Assembly: GCF_000181795.1 (NCBI RefSeq)
Contig: NW_003526943.1
Coordinates: forward strand, 7,709,566 to 7,773,565
Length of the DNA stretch: 64,000 nucleotides
Source: Trichinella spiralis
Lineage: Eukaryota
Direction: 5' to 3'
The translations under genes and the position numbers were made by a program. The notes beneath the pieces are model-generated. The model worked only from the letters and a program-made list of their open reading frames with translations, was not told where the DNA came from and ran no database searches. Positions 1 to 13,069 of this stretch are shown piece by piece (positions within the stretch are counted from its first letter, which is position 1; each line of letters starts with the position of its first letter).

Positions 1-252
1 GTACGCCTGATGAAAACGTTTGGCGCTATCATCGCCGTGATGCTCATCTTGCAGATTTTTGGACGACTGTTTCGCATAATTTCTTTGTCCACTGATAGTA
101 TCCGGGTACGCTTCTCGCTTGGCAACGTATTTCGAGTGTTGAACAGCTTGTGTGCAATTAGCAACTTTTTCATCTTTTTACTAACTTCTGACAGTTTTCG
201 CTTCACTCTCAGAAATATGTTCACCAATCACAGTGTTGTTGCACCTTTTTGA
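1..252 (+). CDS. C-terminal end (TM6-TM7-helix 8) of a 7TM serpentine/GPCR-like receptor; 5' part lies outside the window
   Basis: Frame open from base 1: ...RLMKTFGAIIAVMLILQIFG... (hydrophobic helix), then LNSLCAISNFFIFLLTSDSFRFTLRNMF, which resembles the NFFIY-x3-S-x-(E/D)FR TM7/H8 pattern of nematode chemoreceptors. Confidence 0.6.
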   Translation, partial: VRLMKTFGAIIAVMLILQIFGRLFRIISLSTDSIRVRFSLGNVFRVLNSLCAISNFFIFLLTSDSFRFTLRNMFTNHSVVAPF

Positions 253-256
253 TTTA

Positions 257-873
257 CGGTCGAACTTGGTTAAGTACACATGGAATTTGGCAAGAATTTT
301 CATGCACTTATCCACAGTTGGGAATTATGCTGAGTAATTGAAAGGGGAAATAACTTCACATTTACAAATAGGTTTGTTGTGAAAAAATGCCCATTTAATT
401 TATGTACAATAGTCAGAAATGTAGGCTTGAATTATATTTTGTGGCACCAGCGTTACTAGCTGATCTTCATTTCACTTTAGATTTGTCTGATTTATGCTGT
501 TTTTGTGAAAATATGACCAGATCCGCGACAACTTCCTTGTGAGAAACTTCCTGGAAAAGCAGTGGATGTTTTGACTTTGGCCTAGCTCACCTTGTCTGTG
601 ATACGCGTGCTTATTACGATGTGGGGAGCATAGACTTTGCTGAGTATCAATAGTTGCTATGGCTCATAAACCTAAAGCGGCCTGGAACGCTCCTATTCTT
701 CACTTAAGGGGTATATGCTGCGAACAGTAAATCCCTTGGAGCTCAGCAAAATGATGCACTTAACCAAGATGTGCACTTATCCATTATTTTATTATATAAT
801 CAACTACAGGAAATTTTGTTAGCCCAAAATCTTGCTCACTTAAGGGAAATGTGCACTTAACCAAGTTCGACTG
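257..873. mobile_element. Non-autonomous Tc1/mariner-superfamily (pogo/Tigger-like) MITE
   Basis: 25-bp TIRs: CGGTCGAACTTGGTTAAGTACACAT (257) vs reverse complement of the right end CAGTCGAACTTGGTTAAGTGCACAT (23/25). Flanked by TA on the left and CA on the right. Internal TGCACTTA(A/T)CCA repeats. Confidence 0.8.
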
Positions 874-3800
874 CACTTCTATTTTTCTCTTTTGCATAAA
901 ATAAATTTTTTTTCTTATTTAGCATATGACAATATTTGATTTACATCACTTTTGCTCGAGGATGCTGGAATCAGGGTTTTTCCTTGCGTTCCATTATTGG
1001 CCTGAAATTTTTATTGGTTTTACTTATTCGTTCGCTCGAAGTGCTCTCAGCATGATTTGATCTCATGTGTATACCTTTTATTGACCCCTCTGAATCGAAA
1101 ATTTATTAGTCATTCATTTCCAATTGTGAATGGTAGCAATTCAATTGCATATATAATTGATCAAAATATTTTTATAATTCTTGGCAATATTAAGTTCTGT
1201 TTTTTTCATTATGAAATTAGCACAATTAAGCACTTAACTGATGTAATAACCTGCGATATTAAAACATCAGTAAATAGTTTTGATGGGATGTAGTGCCATC
1301 AATGTCGGCAGTAAATTATAGCTGTCAAATGATTTCTTTGACATATTCATATTCAACTAAACCATTTGACCTTAATCAAACTGAACACGAAAATAAACTT
1401 TGATTTAAATAAGAACATCATATCTTTTGTGGGTATTTATTTGAATCAAATTGAAATGCACAAACTAAGAATTTAATAAGTACTAAGTTAATTTAAATGA
1501 TAACATGTTTGCTATAAGTTGATACAGAAGCAAGAAAAGACTCAGTCAAGTTACTGTTCAATTCCGTACAAAAATCTGATAACCTCCTTAGCATAATTAA
1601 TTCTTCATTATTACGTAATGAAATTTCATATGCAAGCACACTACAAAAAATGGTGAAATTTACTGTGCAGCTGTGTGGTATTTATTACTACGAAAAACAA
1701 ACAAGCACCACAACAGCTGCGCTGATAATATGGAAAATGTTGCTTTTGTTATATTTTGATATGCAAGCTATCAAAAGAACAAATATTATGTAAATAAAAA
1801 AGAAACAATTACAAAGAAATGTTTCAGCAGATAAAACTGCTTTCGTGAAATTCACAATACCAGCTTGTTGCAATTTCTAATTATTAGTTTGATCAACCCT
1901 TGACTAGCATCATTAATACAAAATAATGTCAAAAGGGGATACTTTTATTCTCAACATAGTAAGAGTAATTTTTATTAAAAAAATTAAAATTTCATCTACT
2001 TGAACAGAAAGGAAAAAAATTTATCAACACATTGTAAAATTGTGAAAATTGTTTCAACACTTGAACTTAACCACTTGCAATATTTTATTTTATGCATTCT
2101 GTTTAAAATCCCTTTTAGCAAATAGAATTGAAAAACAAATGTCGAGCTATTTGATATAAAATAAGCCATTTTATATGACAACAAAAGCGATTTTTTCTTA
2201 AATTGTTAAATGTTAAATGTAAATGCATTCAGCTGCTCACAATGGCCTCTACTTGTTGTTTCTGCTGAACAACTGCTTTGGACAACGCTTGTAAAGTTTT
2301 TGAATGCTTAAAGTTGCATCAGCTTAACAATTGCGCATAATAAATCAGCACAACAATGAACTTGCTACTTTCTGCATTATTCAATGACAGAAAAGTTTGG
2401 AGACATGAAAAACAGCTTGGCTACTTTGCTGCTTCTTGAAAAATGAACGTTTATGCACGTTACAATTTATTCTAGTTAAATAATAAAATGCCTAACAAAA
2501 TAAGATTTTCATCAAAAATTTTCCCAATAATAAACAGCTATTTTCATTTTTCTCCAAATATCATTGAAACAAATGTGTATAATATCTTGAGAAAAACAAA
2601 AAATCTGTTTTCACTTCATTGCCCTTCAGAGTGTCGCCTTCAACAATATCACTTCAAATTTATTGCAGAACAATGTAATTTATATTGAAAAAAATAAATA
2701 TCTGAATTTTTCATCAAGCCTCCTTTTTAAAGATAATTCCATTACTTAAAATGGGCGTAAAAAATAAGTATCTGAAAACCTATTGCAAAAGATGCAAGAA
2801 TGGAAACAAATTTCTGCATTACATATTGTTAAAAGTAAAAATTATTTAAAAAATTATCAATTTGATAATAACAGTGTATGTATTATGAACCTTTACAATC
2901 AAAGCGTCATATTTTATTAAAAGTAATAACATACATTTTATATCTTCAATTAAACATTACAAACGTTAAATGTTTCAAGAATTATTTCGCTCGGTTTTCA
3001 GAAAATGTTCTGATTATTAATTAAAAATTTGCATTCTGCTATTCCATTCCATAAAGCAATTCGTTCAAAGAACAAATAGAAATAATGAATTACGTGTTAA
3101 TAATTTCTTAACTTTCATTATCCAAATTATGCATTATATTCATTTTGAGCACATTTTTCAAATATACATATACAACAGATGCACAGATATTTTGTTGATA
3201 CTTTTATGTTACTGTTTTTTGTTGGTTTTCAACAGTTAAAATGCCATTAGCTGATAATTTCTATTTCATTAGCTACTAGCAGTTAATGATGAATCATTAC
3301 ATTATTTTACGTTTCATAGGCCAAAATATTTCTATTACAATTTTCATAACTTTAAAGTTGAATTTCTAATTCAAATTTTTATTAAAATTTTTTATGTCAC
3401 TTTTGTTTTGTTACTTGGGAAATTATTCATTTCTAATATTTGTTTTGAAAGGAGAATAGCCTACAGCTATACATAGCGAGAGTCAACATCAAGCGTTGTT
3501 TGCTCAAATAACTGGAAAAAGCACGTGACTTAGCCAGCGTTGTTTGCTTAGACGTTTATAATAAGCATGTATGAAAATGTGTTTTCGTTCCGGGCAAAAA
3601 CATCGCATGATATAGATACAAAATTTTTTGTGCATTAGATTACACATGCACAATTTAGTCTGTTATTCATTCAATCAAATTAATTAAAAATATAAATGTG
3701 GAACAAATATTTAACATACAAATCAGTAGACGCTCTGTGATGCAATCGCGTAATACTAAATAGCATTAGCGAAGTGTATGGAAATAAGTAACAAGTATTC

Positions 3801-4989
3801 ACGGAAATTCGATATTTGCAGGGATGCCTTAACGTTTATGTTGCAGGTCAACTGTTCTTACTTTTGAATACTGTTAAACATACATTTATAAATTCACTTT
3901 TTCTTAATTAAAAATCTGTTTTGCATGGATTTCTTTAAAAGAAAAAGAAATTAATGTTGCAATAATTTACGATAATACAAATAAAAAATGCAATTTCAGA
4001 ATGTTCCATTTACTTTCAAAGAAACAAAATCTATATACGACAGTATGCAAATACAGTTCCAGAATGAAATGAATATATCATTTGAACTTTTGCGGCTTTG
4101 CTGTTTGTATTTTCATTATCATTGATAGAATTCATGCGGCTGTCGTTATCTTCGGACTGCGCTTCTGAACATCCTGATGATGTTGGTTGTTGCTTTTAAT
4201 TACCTTTCAATCTTCAGCTCTTTGCTAATCGTTAAGGGATTTTTATGCCCTTTTAGAATTTCGATTAATTCCGTCCCTCTCTGAAAAATCTTTAAACTCC
4301 ATTTCAATTCAAACTTCCCTTTTTTGCTTCTTAATTTTCATGTTCAGTTTTGTTTCTCATATCCTTCTCATCCGTGTTCATCTTCATTTCATGTTTTTAT
4401 GCGTGGCAACCCACTGAGCAAGTCATTTGTAGTGCATCTGCCTAATGCGCTTCCCAATTACTTCAGTGGATGCCTATGCTTGCAACACTTGCATTGCTTT
4501 TTCCTGCTCACAATCATGGCCATCTTCATTATCATTTGATTTCTGAAATGTCCATTTTCTAAGAAATTAATCTTTGAAAGGGCTGACATGTGCGACGACA
4601 ATGCACAAGCTTCGTTACATTTTCATTTGGGCGAAATGTTCGTCATCATTCATCCTCTTCTGTTTCTTCTCCTTCTTCTTCTTCACCAACGTAAGCTGGT
4701 AGTCAAATCTTCTTTTAGTTCCTCGATGATTTCTGTATCCAGAAATCTACTTGCCCATACTGACGCTTAGGGACTGTTTCGCTAACAAACATCACACAGC
4801 GCATTGACACAGTGAGTCGTTTCAAAGAATGCTGAAGATGTAAATTCTTCTCAACGATAGTAACAGCCGTAATATGGCAGGTTCTTTAAAGATTTTCTTA
4901 GGGAGGTCGGCATCAAGCTTTCTCTGTGCCGTTCTCTGTAGTGTTTGGTACACCGCGTCCTGTCATAACCAAATTAGGGGAACAATCAT

Positions 4990-5248
4990 TGTTATACATC
5001 TATTAGCCAGGAGGAACAATCACCAAACACACTGATCAAGAAATACGCACATCCTCCATGGACTGCTTTGTCATTGCTTGAGTGTGTTCTTTTATAATAT
5101 CGTGCAAATATTCTATTGGTTGTCATCGACGCCGTACCTCTAGCGTTAGTCATGATTGGATTGAAGGTCGTCATGACAACTGACTTTATTCACAGTGACA
5201 AGTGGCGCCACCTACACCGTTAGCACTGATGCTTATTTTGGCGTAACA
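4990..5248. mobile_element. Possible solo LTR
   Basis: TGTTA...TAACA termini, internal TTTATT (AATAAA on the minus strand), flanks TCAT/TAAT (imperfect 4-bp TSD). Confidence 0.35.
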
Positions 5249-6098
5249 TAATGTATGCTTGAATTTTAACTGCCGTTGATGTTAATGCCGTTGAAGATGC
5301 TTTCAAATAATTTTATTGTTAATAAATTCACCGCTAATATTTGTTTGTTTTGTAAATAAGGTATATCTTGAATTAGGTTATTGAAACTAATTTTTTTTCA
5401 GTTCGATTAAGATATTAATATCAATGTAATAATTAAATTCTCATTATTTGTTCATCCTAACTTATGTTGTAGGATAAAAGACACTATCTCCTTGGCTTAC
5501 ACAGCATGGGCATGAAGGCAGTTAAAAATAGATTATTTTATAAAGAACGCCGTCTTCTAACGGATTTTAATGAAAAATGACGAATGCAGAAGTAATGAGC
5601 TGAGCGCTGTCATCTCTAGAACATCGAACCTTCCGCTTCTGTGCTTCACAATCTGAATGACATTGATTCTATAGCAATCTTTCCTCAGTTGCTTTACTTA
5701 CTAATTTTTAGCAGCACTTCGTAGTGAAATGACGAAAATGGAAAATTTGCCTTTGAAAAATCAACAATCTTTCACCAACAATTTTAATTTATTCACAAAT
5801 GGCGTCAGCTTAGTTGATTAATAAATGAAGAGATGAAAATTAAAGATAGTGAAACTGAGCAAAGCGACTATAATATAAGCATGTAAGCCATGGTTACTGG
5901 TATGCATAAATGATGTGTATTTTAGCCTCCAGGTTGACAACGTATGGACGTGAATCGCTTTTGGAAATAACAATAATTCTTCACTGTGGACCTTACTTAT
6001 CACTGTCAAACTTCCCCATAAAAGTTCAGTGTGTAATGAAACAATTGCAAAAATATTGATAATGAAAAAATATATACTGTAAATCAAATGAAACGAAA

Positions 6099-6975
6099 TG
6101 TTGAAAATAAATTATCTGATCTTCAAGTTCTCCCAACGGTAAACAACTCGTTGGAAATTTTAAAAAAAGTCCCTAGCCCTTTTCTCAAGGTCAACCGATA
6201 TTTGTTTTAACACAACAACAAGCAGTACAACTGGGGTTAAATTTTATTCACCCGATGACAGTAGTTAGTGTTGTATTTCTGCCATGATCAAAGACTCGGT
6301 AGAAGTGATAATTGTTTATTCGACACACTAACTTGAACACACACACGCTGTATAAATTCGTAACTGACTGACTATGTTATCTATGAGCTACAGTAAATGA
6401 ATTAGAAGATGATCAGGTTACATTATCAATAATTTTGGATTCTATTAATTCGATATACAACATCAATACACAACACCAATACACAACAGTTAGAATCAAC
6501 GAGAACATGAAGAAACAAATAATTCGAAAAGCAACTTCTTCACAACGCTCTCTTTCTTCCATCGACTACTACTTTTTCCTCTATCTTGTTTCTTATATAT
6601 AGCGCCAGGACGAGTTACCTGCGTGGTACATCATCGAGGTATATTCTGTGCCGTTATTTTCCTTTCGACCGTAGTAGGTGCGGCTGCTTCGTCTCCACAG
6701 CCCCAATTCCCTGCTTATTCTAGGCGCCTGTTCTTCCACAGCTGTTGTTGTTTTCTTGTCCACAAATGATGGTTAGGATCTGAGTTCTCTTAGCTCCTGT
6801 GATGTCACTTGAAACTCCTAACACACATGGTCGGGCACTATACTGTTGCGCAACCAGCTGAGCTGACATCCTTCAGGGTCTGACAATGGATGCTATCTTC
6901 GAATTGTATACTTGTGCGCAGCATGTATACGTGCCTGACGTTCCAGTAACTGGTCGCGGTGCCGTAATTTCGACA
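6099..6975 (-). mobile_element. Older LTR-like element hosting a nested solo LTR
   Basis: Inverted termini TGTTGAAAAT...AATTTCGACA; minus-strand polyA signal (~6243) and TATATATA (~6594); GC-richer than the flanks; no clean TSD. Confidence 0.4.
6269..6488 (-). mobile_element. Solo LTR (5-bp TSD, BEL/Pao- or gypsy-type)
   Basis: TGTTGT...ACAACA termini, perfect 5-bp TSD GTTAG at 6264-6268 and 6489-6493, internal TTTATT, small tandem duplications at the right end. Confidence 0.75.
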
Positions 6976-8442
6976 GTGAAAAGTTAGAATTTGAAACTAT
7001 TGAAAGGTACACTTTTGAATTTATGAAAATTGTTTGAAGAAAATATTTTGACCACATGAAATATTTTAGCCATTCATAATTGAAAAATATTAGCTAATGA
7101 AATACCAATTTGTAGAGACCAATAAAAACATTTAGATGAGACGGAATCATGCTAAGAGTAATTCAAATCAATGAACAAATGAATCCATGAGTTCTTATTA
7201 TTCATTTCCTTGATTAATAAATAAATTCTTTTACTAAGTTCAGTGTCTGTTTTCCACGAGATCATCACGTGAGTAAAGTAGGTGGGCTGTGAAAGTAAGC
7301 TTCAGAAAGAAAAGAAGAGAAAAAAAATACTAATGAACCTGAACGCAGGTAGCTATTTGTTACAGTAATTTTAATTTTCTACATTTTACTGTTTTAACCA
7401 AAGCTTGTTCAGCATTGCTAGATTTTATTTCCATTTTTTGTAGATCATGCCCATTATTTCAGTTTTCCATTTTTTGTGCTCATATGAGTTGAAAATCTTA
7501 AATTCGATAAATATTTTTACAAACAAATAACATTGTTCACTTAAAGTTTAGCAGTGCTTCCAATAAATATATATAGGAATAAATTTTACGTAAAATTATC
7601 GCAAAAATGGTAAAATTTATGTACAGCTTAAAACCATTAGAGAAGTTATTTTGATAGGCAAGTTAATTAAGTCTTAAGGATAAATGAGCAGTCAGTTTTA
7701 TATAAATAATACAATGGAGAGTTTCATAAGTTAAATATTATCATATATAACAAATAATTTCGCATACTTTTTTGTAATTTACTACTGGTATGCTTTAACG
7801 TTAACTGTAAATTAATTTCATGATTTAATGGAAATTACCCAATTTATAATTATTTTGTGCATAAAAATTTGTTGCTTAATTTTAATTTAACGAAAGTTTT
7901 GATGAAACTAGAATAATGCGGATATAATTTTAAATTCAGTATTAAAATGCATGAAGAAACTTACAGTAACAGTTCATTTTTTTGTGTAATATTTCATTGA
8001 ATAATTAAATTTTGTTTTAAGCCATATTATTATTTGTCATATTGTTATTGGGTTATTATCTGACTTTTAGTAGAAAATATTTGAATAATCAAGTATATTT
8101 CAAAATTGTTCCTGAGATAAATTTACATACCGTATACATGACGAAGTTCAGTAAAGTTTTGTTGCGAGTAGGTGGCGGTTTTCAGTGAACTTTCATTTGC
8201 ATGGCTCCTATTTGATCTCAGCGATTTTGATTGAATGAATTTTTTATTTTTCCTGCCTTTTTACTGCCTTGAGTCATTTTTTGTCATTTTGTTGTTTATT
8301 TTTTGCTGTTGAATTGTAAAGTTCTACTTTAAAGCACAGCAAGGTTTAAAGTAAATCACTTTATTGGACAGGTTTTAGTTTAAACATGTCTTTCATAGTT
8401 ATATATTTCTTTGTAAAGGTAGTGCTTTTTAGTATAGTCACG

Positions 8443-9603
8443 ATGGATGAACAGGAGACGCCGCCATCGGAAAATGACCAAGTTCGGAAAGTGATAAGTT
8501 TGCCAATTCCGAAAGACGTGGGTACGGATTACAATTTGGAGCGCTGGTGGAAAGGTTGGCAGGGTGATTTGGAAAGAATCAAGGTGCATTTTGAAAGTTA
8601 CATAATCAACAGAAGAGCAGCCGGTCTGGAAGATCCGGCTTTGATCGACAACTTTTTGCAACATCCGGTAATCCGACGTGTATTACCTGTGGTGCGTATG
8701 TCTGTTAAACCGTTTGTCGTGAATACCAAAGACAACACAATTGTGGTGATTAATTGTCTTGGTAACATTGAACATCTAAAATTGGCACGAGTTTTGAAAT
8801 CCGGTGAATTGTTGATGTATTATTTTGTTACGGCTGAGTATTTTTTCAAGCAGGTGCTTGAACAAGAACGTCGAACTGGTAAAATGTCCGGGGTTACATT
8901 GATTTATGATTTGTTCGGTCTGAAAGTGTTGGATTACCTAAATCCTTTCTCGGCAATAATGCAGATTTTCGCTCTGGGTTCGACAGTAATTCAAGAATAC
9001 TACTGTGAATTGTTGACAAATTTGTTTATTATCAATCCGGGCCCTTTTGTGAAACTCGCTTTCACACTGGTCAAGTCGTTGTTGGTTCCACGTACGTTGC
9101 AAAAGGTTCGAGTATTGTCCGGCGACTCATGGAAAAGTAAACTTTGCGAGTACGTTTCTGCCGACGCCTTGCCCGTTCAATTCGGCGGTACATGGACCGA
9201 AATTCAAGAAGGCATAGATCCTCTGACATGCTGCACGGTGAATACTCCAATTCAGGAGAGTCTTTATTTTCAGCCGAAGCTGGTAAAAGAATATCATACT
9301 GTCTATTTGAAGCCTCGTAAATTGTACGAAGTTGACGTCCAGGTCCAGGCAGGCTCAACTTTATTTTGGCAGTTTTTTTGTACTGGAAAATTCACTTTCA
9401 CCATTATCTATAAGAACAATGACGGAAACGATCAACCAGAATTGATGTTGCCACGTTTGGTCATGATCACCCCGATGGGTAGTGAAATGCCCGAAGAAGG
9501 TACGTTGCTATGCAAACGTACTGGAATATACACTATGGAGTTTGCTTCTGTTGGTAACAGTTATTTTTCCACACGGCTGGACTATGCTTATCAAGTTGAA
9601 TAG
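8443..9603 (+). CDS. SEC14-like lipid-binding protein (CRAL-TRIO + C-terminal GOLD domain), intronless CDS; ORF extends to an upstream ATG at 8386
   Basis: 405-aa ORF with SGVTLIYDLFGL, QEYYCELLTNLFIINPGPFV, PRTLQKVRVL and LPVQFGG (CRAL-TRIO motifs), plus a beta-rich C-terminus (LFWQF...EEGTLLCKRTGIYTMEF) typical of GOLD. A TTTTTAG acceptor just before ATG 8443 favours that start. Confidence 0.9.
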   Translation: MDEQETPPSENDQVRKVISLPIPKDVGTDYNLERWWKGWQGDLERIKVHFESYIINRRAAGLEDPALIDNFLQHPVIRRVLPVVRMSVKPFVVNTKDNTIVVINCLGNIEHLKLARVLKSGELLMYYFVTAEYFFKQVLEQERRTGKMSGVTLIYDLFGLKVLDYLNPFSAIMQIFALGSTVIQEYYCELLTNLFIINPGPFVKLAFTLVKSLLVPRTLQKVRVLSGDSWKSKLCEYVSADALPVQFGGTWTEIQEGIDPLTCCTVNTPIQESLYFQPKLVKEYHTVYLKPRKLYEVDVQVQAGSTLFWQFFCTGKFTFTIIYKNNDGNDQPELMLPRLVMITPMGSEMPEEGTLLCKRTGIYTMEFASVGNSYFSTRLDYAYQVE

Positions 9604-11422
9604 ATCCGTTTTTGTTTCACTTTTATTTGAAGTAATTTTCACATTTTCTGTTATTTTAAACTCAAAAAATTTGTCTGTTTCTTTGTTTAATTTTTTTTAA
9701 AAATAAATTCAATCATTAATAATTAATTGAATTGTTGTGATTTGTTTACAAATTTGATCACTTTCAAAATTATTAATTGAAATAGGTAAGTTACAACTCA
9801 GCTTTTTATGTTCAAATTCTGCAGCTTTGAATTTTTGCAAAGTACAATTTGAAATATATGCTTAGAAAGTATTATCAGAATTCCATTTTTAAAGATGATG
9901 TGCCATATGGTTATCATTGAAATGAACATTGATAATCTCATCTGTAATGCGTGAAGTACAACAATATCACTCGTAATATCGTTACCAAGCGACAAATCCA
10001 GTTTTGGGTTTTATACAGTAAAAGTACTTGAAAATCAAGTCTAAATCTTTAATTCTGAATTTCAAACTCTTCTTATTGTGAATAAAGATGTAAAAAAGCT
10101 TGAAGTTAAACCTAATGCTATTATTTTTATATCCAAATAATATCATTTTTAAAATTATTTAACTAAACATTTTCTAATAAGAAAATTAAAATTACACAAT
10201 ATTTATAAATATATTTCCCTACGTATAACACTAACCGCAAAACTTTTCGATTCATAAATCAATATTACATAAATGTTTTCTCCAAAAACACTGTGAATGC
10301 CTTCGCGCATGCTTCTTAACTTTAAAAAATGTCACAGACTTAAACAGCTTGGAAAAAAAGGTAAGTAAACTTAAAAGTAACAAAATAATTAATACCTATA
10401 GGAAATCAATATTAAGCTCAACGTTCAATTCATATTCTATTGAAAATATCAGTCTTCAACGGAAAATTCAGTTTACTATGAAATGTTAACGGGAAAACAG
10501 ATTTTCTTTTAACTGCTTTAAAAAAAATAATTTTTTGATGCAAACTCTTACTCTAATATCCCAAAACATTGTATTAACAGCACGCAGCAAAAAATTATGC
10601 CACCCCATTACAATTGAAAGTAAAAAGTAGTTTTGAATAATGCAGTTTATAATCGATTTTCTCTCTTCAGTTCAAAATTAACAACAAAAACTATGCTATC
10701 AAAGTTAATTTAGAACAATAACTTTCTTCAGAAAGATTTTGTACATTTTAGTTCCTGACGAAATTTTGTTTTGATTCCGATATACATAATTCACTGTTTC
10801 ATTGCTCAAGAAAAACAGTATAAAATTAGTTTTACATACTTCTAGAAATTCAATATTCACTAAACTGCACATGTGTGACGTTGTGAAAACAAAGTTAACG
10901 CACGTAGAACGTCATCAAATGAAACCTTTTAAAATTTAATTGCTAAATAGTAAAACAGAAAGTGAATGATTAACAAGGTTTTTTCTCTTAAATTCATACA
11001 AAAAACTTATAAAGTAGCAAACTAATTATTTCAGAATATGTATAATTTTAAAGTAATGTAAATAGCTTTCAAATAAATAAAAAATAACACTGTGTCTATA
11101 AATTTCCCTACATTTTTAAGCAATTTCTCAAAATTCTAAATGCTGTCAACTACATTTGTTAAGAAATAAATTTACCATCAGTCACGTTTTCAATCATAAA
11201 CCACTTAAAATTTACTTTAAGTAGTTTCCTATCATTCTTCAACTGAATTTATATTTTAAGCATTAAGAAAAGCTTGAACGGAATAGCTCAGCTGCAAAAA
11301 ATATGCGCAATATGACAAAAAAACGACTGCAGAACAGAAATAGCTAAAAAATATTTCAAATATTTTTAATCAAATTTAAAGATGCGATGCGAAGGGACAT
11401 ACACCGATAAATAACTGTAAAG

Positions 11423-11779
11423 TTACTTCTGTCCAACGCCGAGCATTCCAGGACGATTTCCCAAATTCATTCGTTGGGTAAATCTTGGTGGATTGCGATC
11501 TCGACGAGCTTCACGCGATCTATTACGCACAACTTTCGAATGGATAGCACAAGAAACACAATAATGAAGCTTGAAGAATAGTTTAGGCATGGCAAAACTT
11601 TCGTACAAGCTGGCCTCCGTAATATCGCGTATTGCAGCAGCCTCCACAATGTTGCGCACAATGTATTTCTTTATTGCTTTATCTTTAGGACAACATCGTC
11701 CACAGTTTGTACAACGAATAAACCTAACATGTCCACGACCTTTCTTGTTTCGTCCATGATTCCTTCGTTTGCGAGTCAT
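11423..11779 (-). CDS. RPS26: 40S ribosomal protein S26 (eS26)
   Basis: [18 protein letters not shown]...[16 protein letters not shown]...[19 protein letters not shown]. Probable 5'UTR intron with donor near 11970. Confidence 0.98.
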   Translation of the reverse strand: MTRKRRNHGRNKKGRGHVRFIRCTNCGRCCPKDKAIKKYIVRNIVEAAAIRDITEASLYESFAMPKLFFKLHYCVSCAIHSKVVRNRSREARRDRNPPRFTQRMNLGNRPGMLGVGQK

Positions 11780-12355
11780 TTTAAAACTATAATAATAGTA
11801 ATATAAATAATAATAAGTGACATCCCGTGCATTTACAGTATTGATACATCATTAATTAGAAAATCAATTACATTTCAGGAAAAGTATTCCAATTATAATA
11901 AGATAGATAATAATAATATAAGATGGACAGATAGATAGATATTATTTAAAATAAAGCGCAATATCAACTACCTAAAGCAACGTAACAAACTTCTTTTGAC
12001 TTAAACAACAACACGTCAATGCTACAGTAAAAAAATAAGAAAATAAAGTATTCTTAACAATAAGAACATACGGTATTCCAGAGATATTGAAAAGTCAGTT
12101 AAATAAATATATTCATAAAGATAGAACTATTTATGTTTAATGTTAGGGAAGAAAAATAAAAATAATTTATTAACCATGTAAGAAATTTGGACTCGGAAGA
12201 GGAAAAGCGTCTTAAGTATTGTGTGTATTTTGAAAGCGGGTATTCATAACTCATCTTCTAGGTTTTGGCCTCCTTTTTTTCATTGGCTGTGCACTGATAG
12301 GCTATTCTACGTGGGGCACTAATTTGGGAATGCCTAATACAACTTCATTCAGCTT

Positions 12356-12600
12356 TAACCGTACGTTTATCAAAACACTTTTACACACAACTTTTACCAA
12401 AGGGGTCTTGGCGGACCCCACTGTTTTATTTGCATTTTTACGTTACTTGATGTGTGAACCTATAAAAAAGTGGCAATAGATAAAATCAGTCGGAAGCTTG
12501 CTTTTTTGTGACTGAAATGGTCCAAATTCTGTGATTGAATGACAGTTTTTTTCAAAATACGACTTAATTTGTCATAACTTGACCCAGTTAGGGCAAATTA
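12356..12600 (+). repeat. Decayed piggyBac-like MITE end; related copy at 23037-23130
   Basis: TTAAC...AAAACACTTTT(A/G)(C/T)ACACAACTTTTACCAAA(G/A)GGGT..TTGGC..GGACC is shared by both loci and begins at TTAA. Confidence 0.5.
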
Positions 12601-13069
12601 TAGTGATATTTTACATTAGTTCCTTGTTAAAGTGAAAACATATTAGTCTTTAAAAATAATTTTTACAGTTTTACATTTTATTCATTACTACTTCAAGTGA
12701 TAAACTGATTGCTTTTGTAATTTTATTTCCTCAAATTTACACAGATCAGCAAACTAAAATTTTCTACTATCCGTTGAACCCGCCCTAAAACTTGTCAACT
12801 ATATAACATATAACATTTTATTTGACAACAACAAACAAGTGTTAACTACATTACAATAAGCACAATGTGCAAAGATATACAATACAATAAAAAAAGACTG
12901 ACAACTTCCTTGCCAGTCTGGTATCAGTGGACTGTATCTTTCCTTCTATTTCGGGCGGACCAGTTTTATCGTAGCTACCCAGTGGCAATCGCTCGCGTTC
13001 ACAAACCAGAGCGTTAAAACGATTCAGTCGATTAATCGCACGGTTCACCAAACGTAAAGCACGAACTGG

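Noticed and set aside
1057..3400. Short AT-rich ORFs (also at 21.4-23.6, 42-48 and 58.7 kb)
   Set aside because: I/F/K/N-biased chance ORFs with no motifs or consistent splice structure.
5590..5660. Minus-strand GGTTCGA B-box-like sequence
   Set aside because: No clear A box or cloverleaf.
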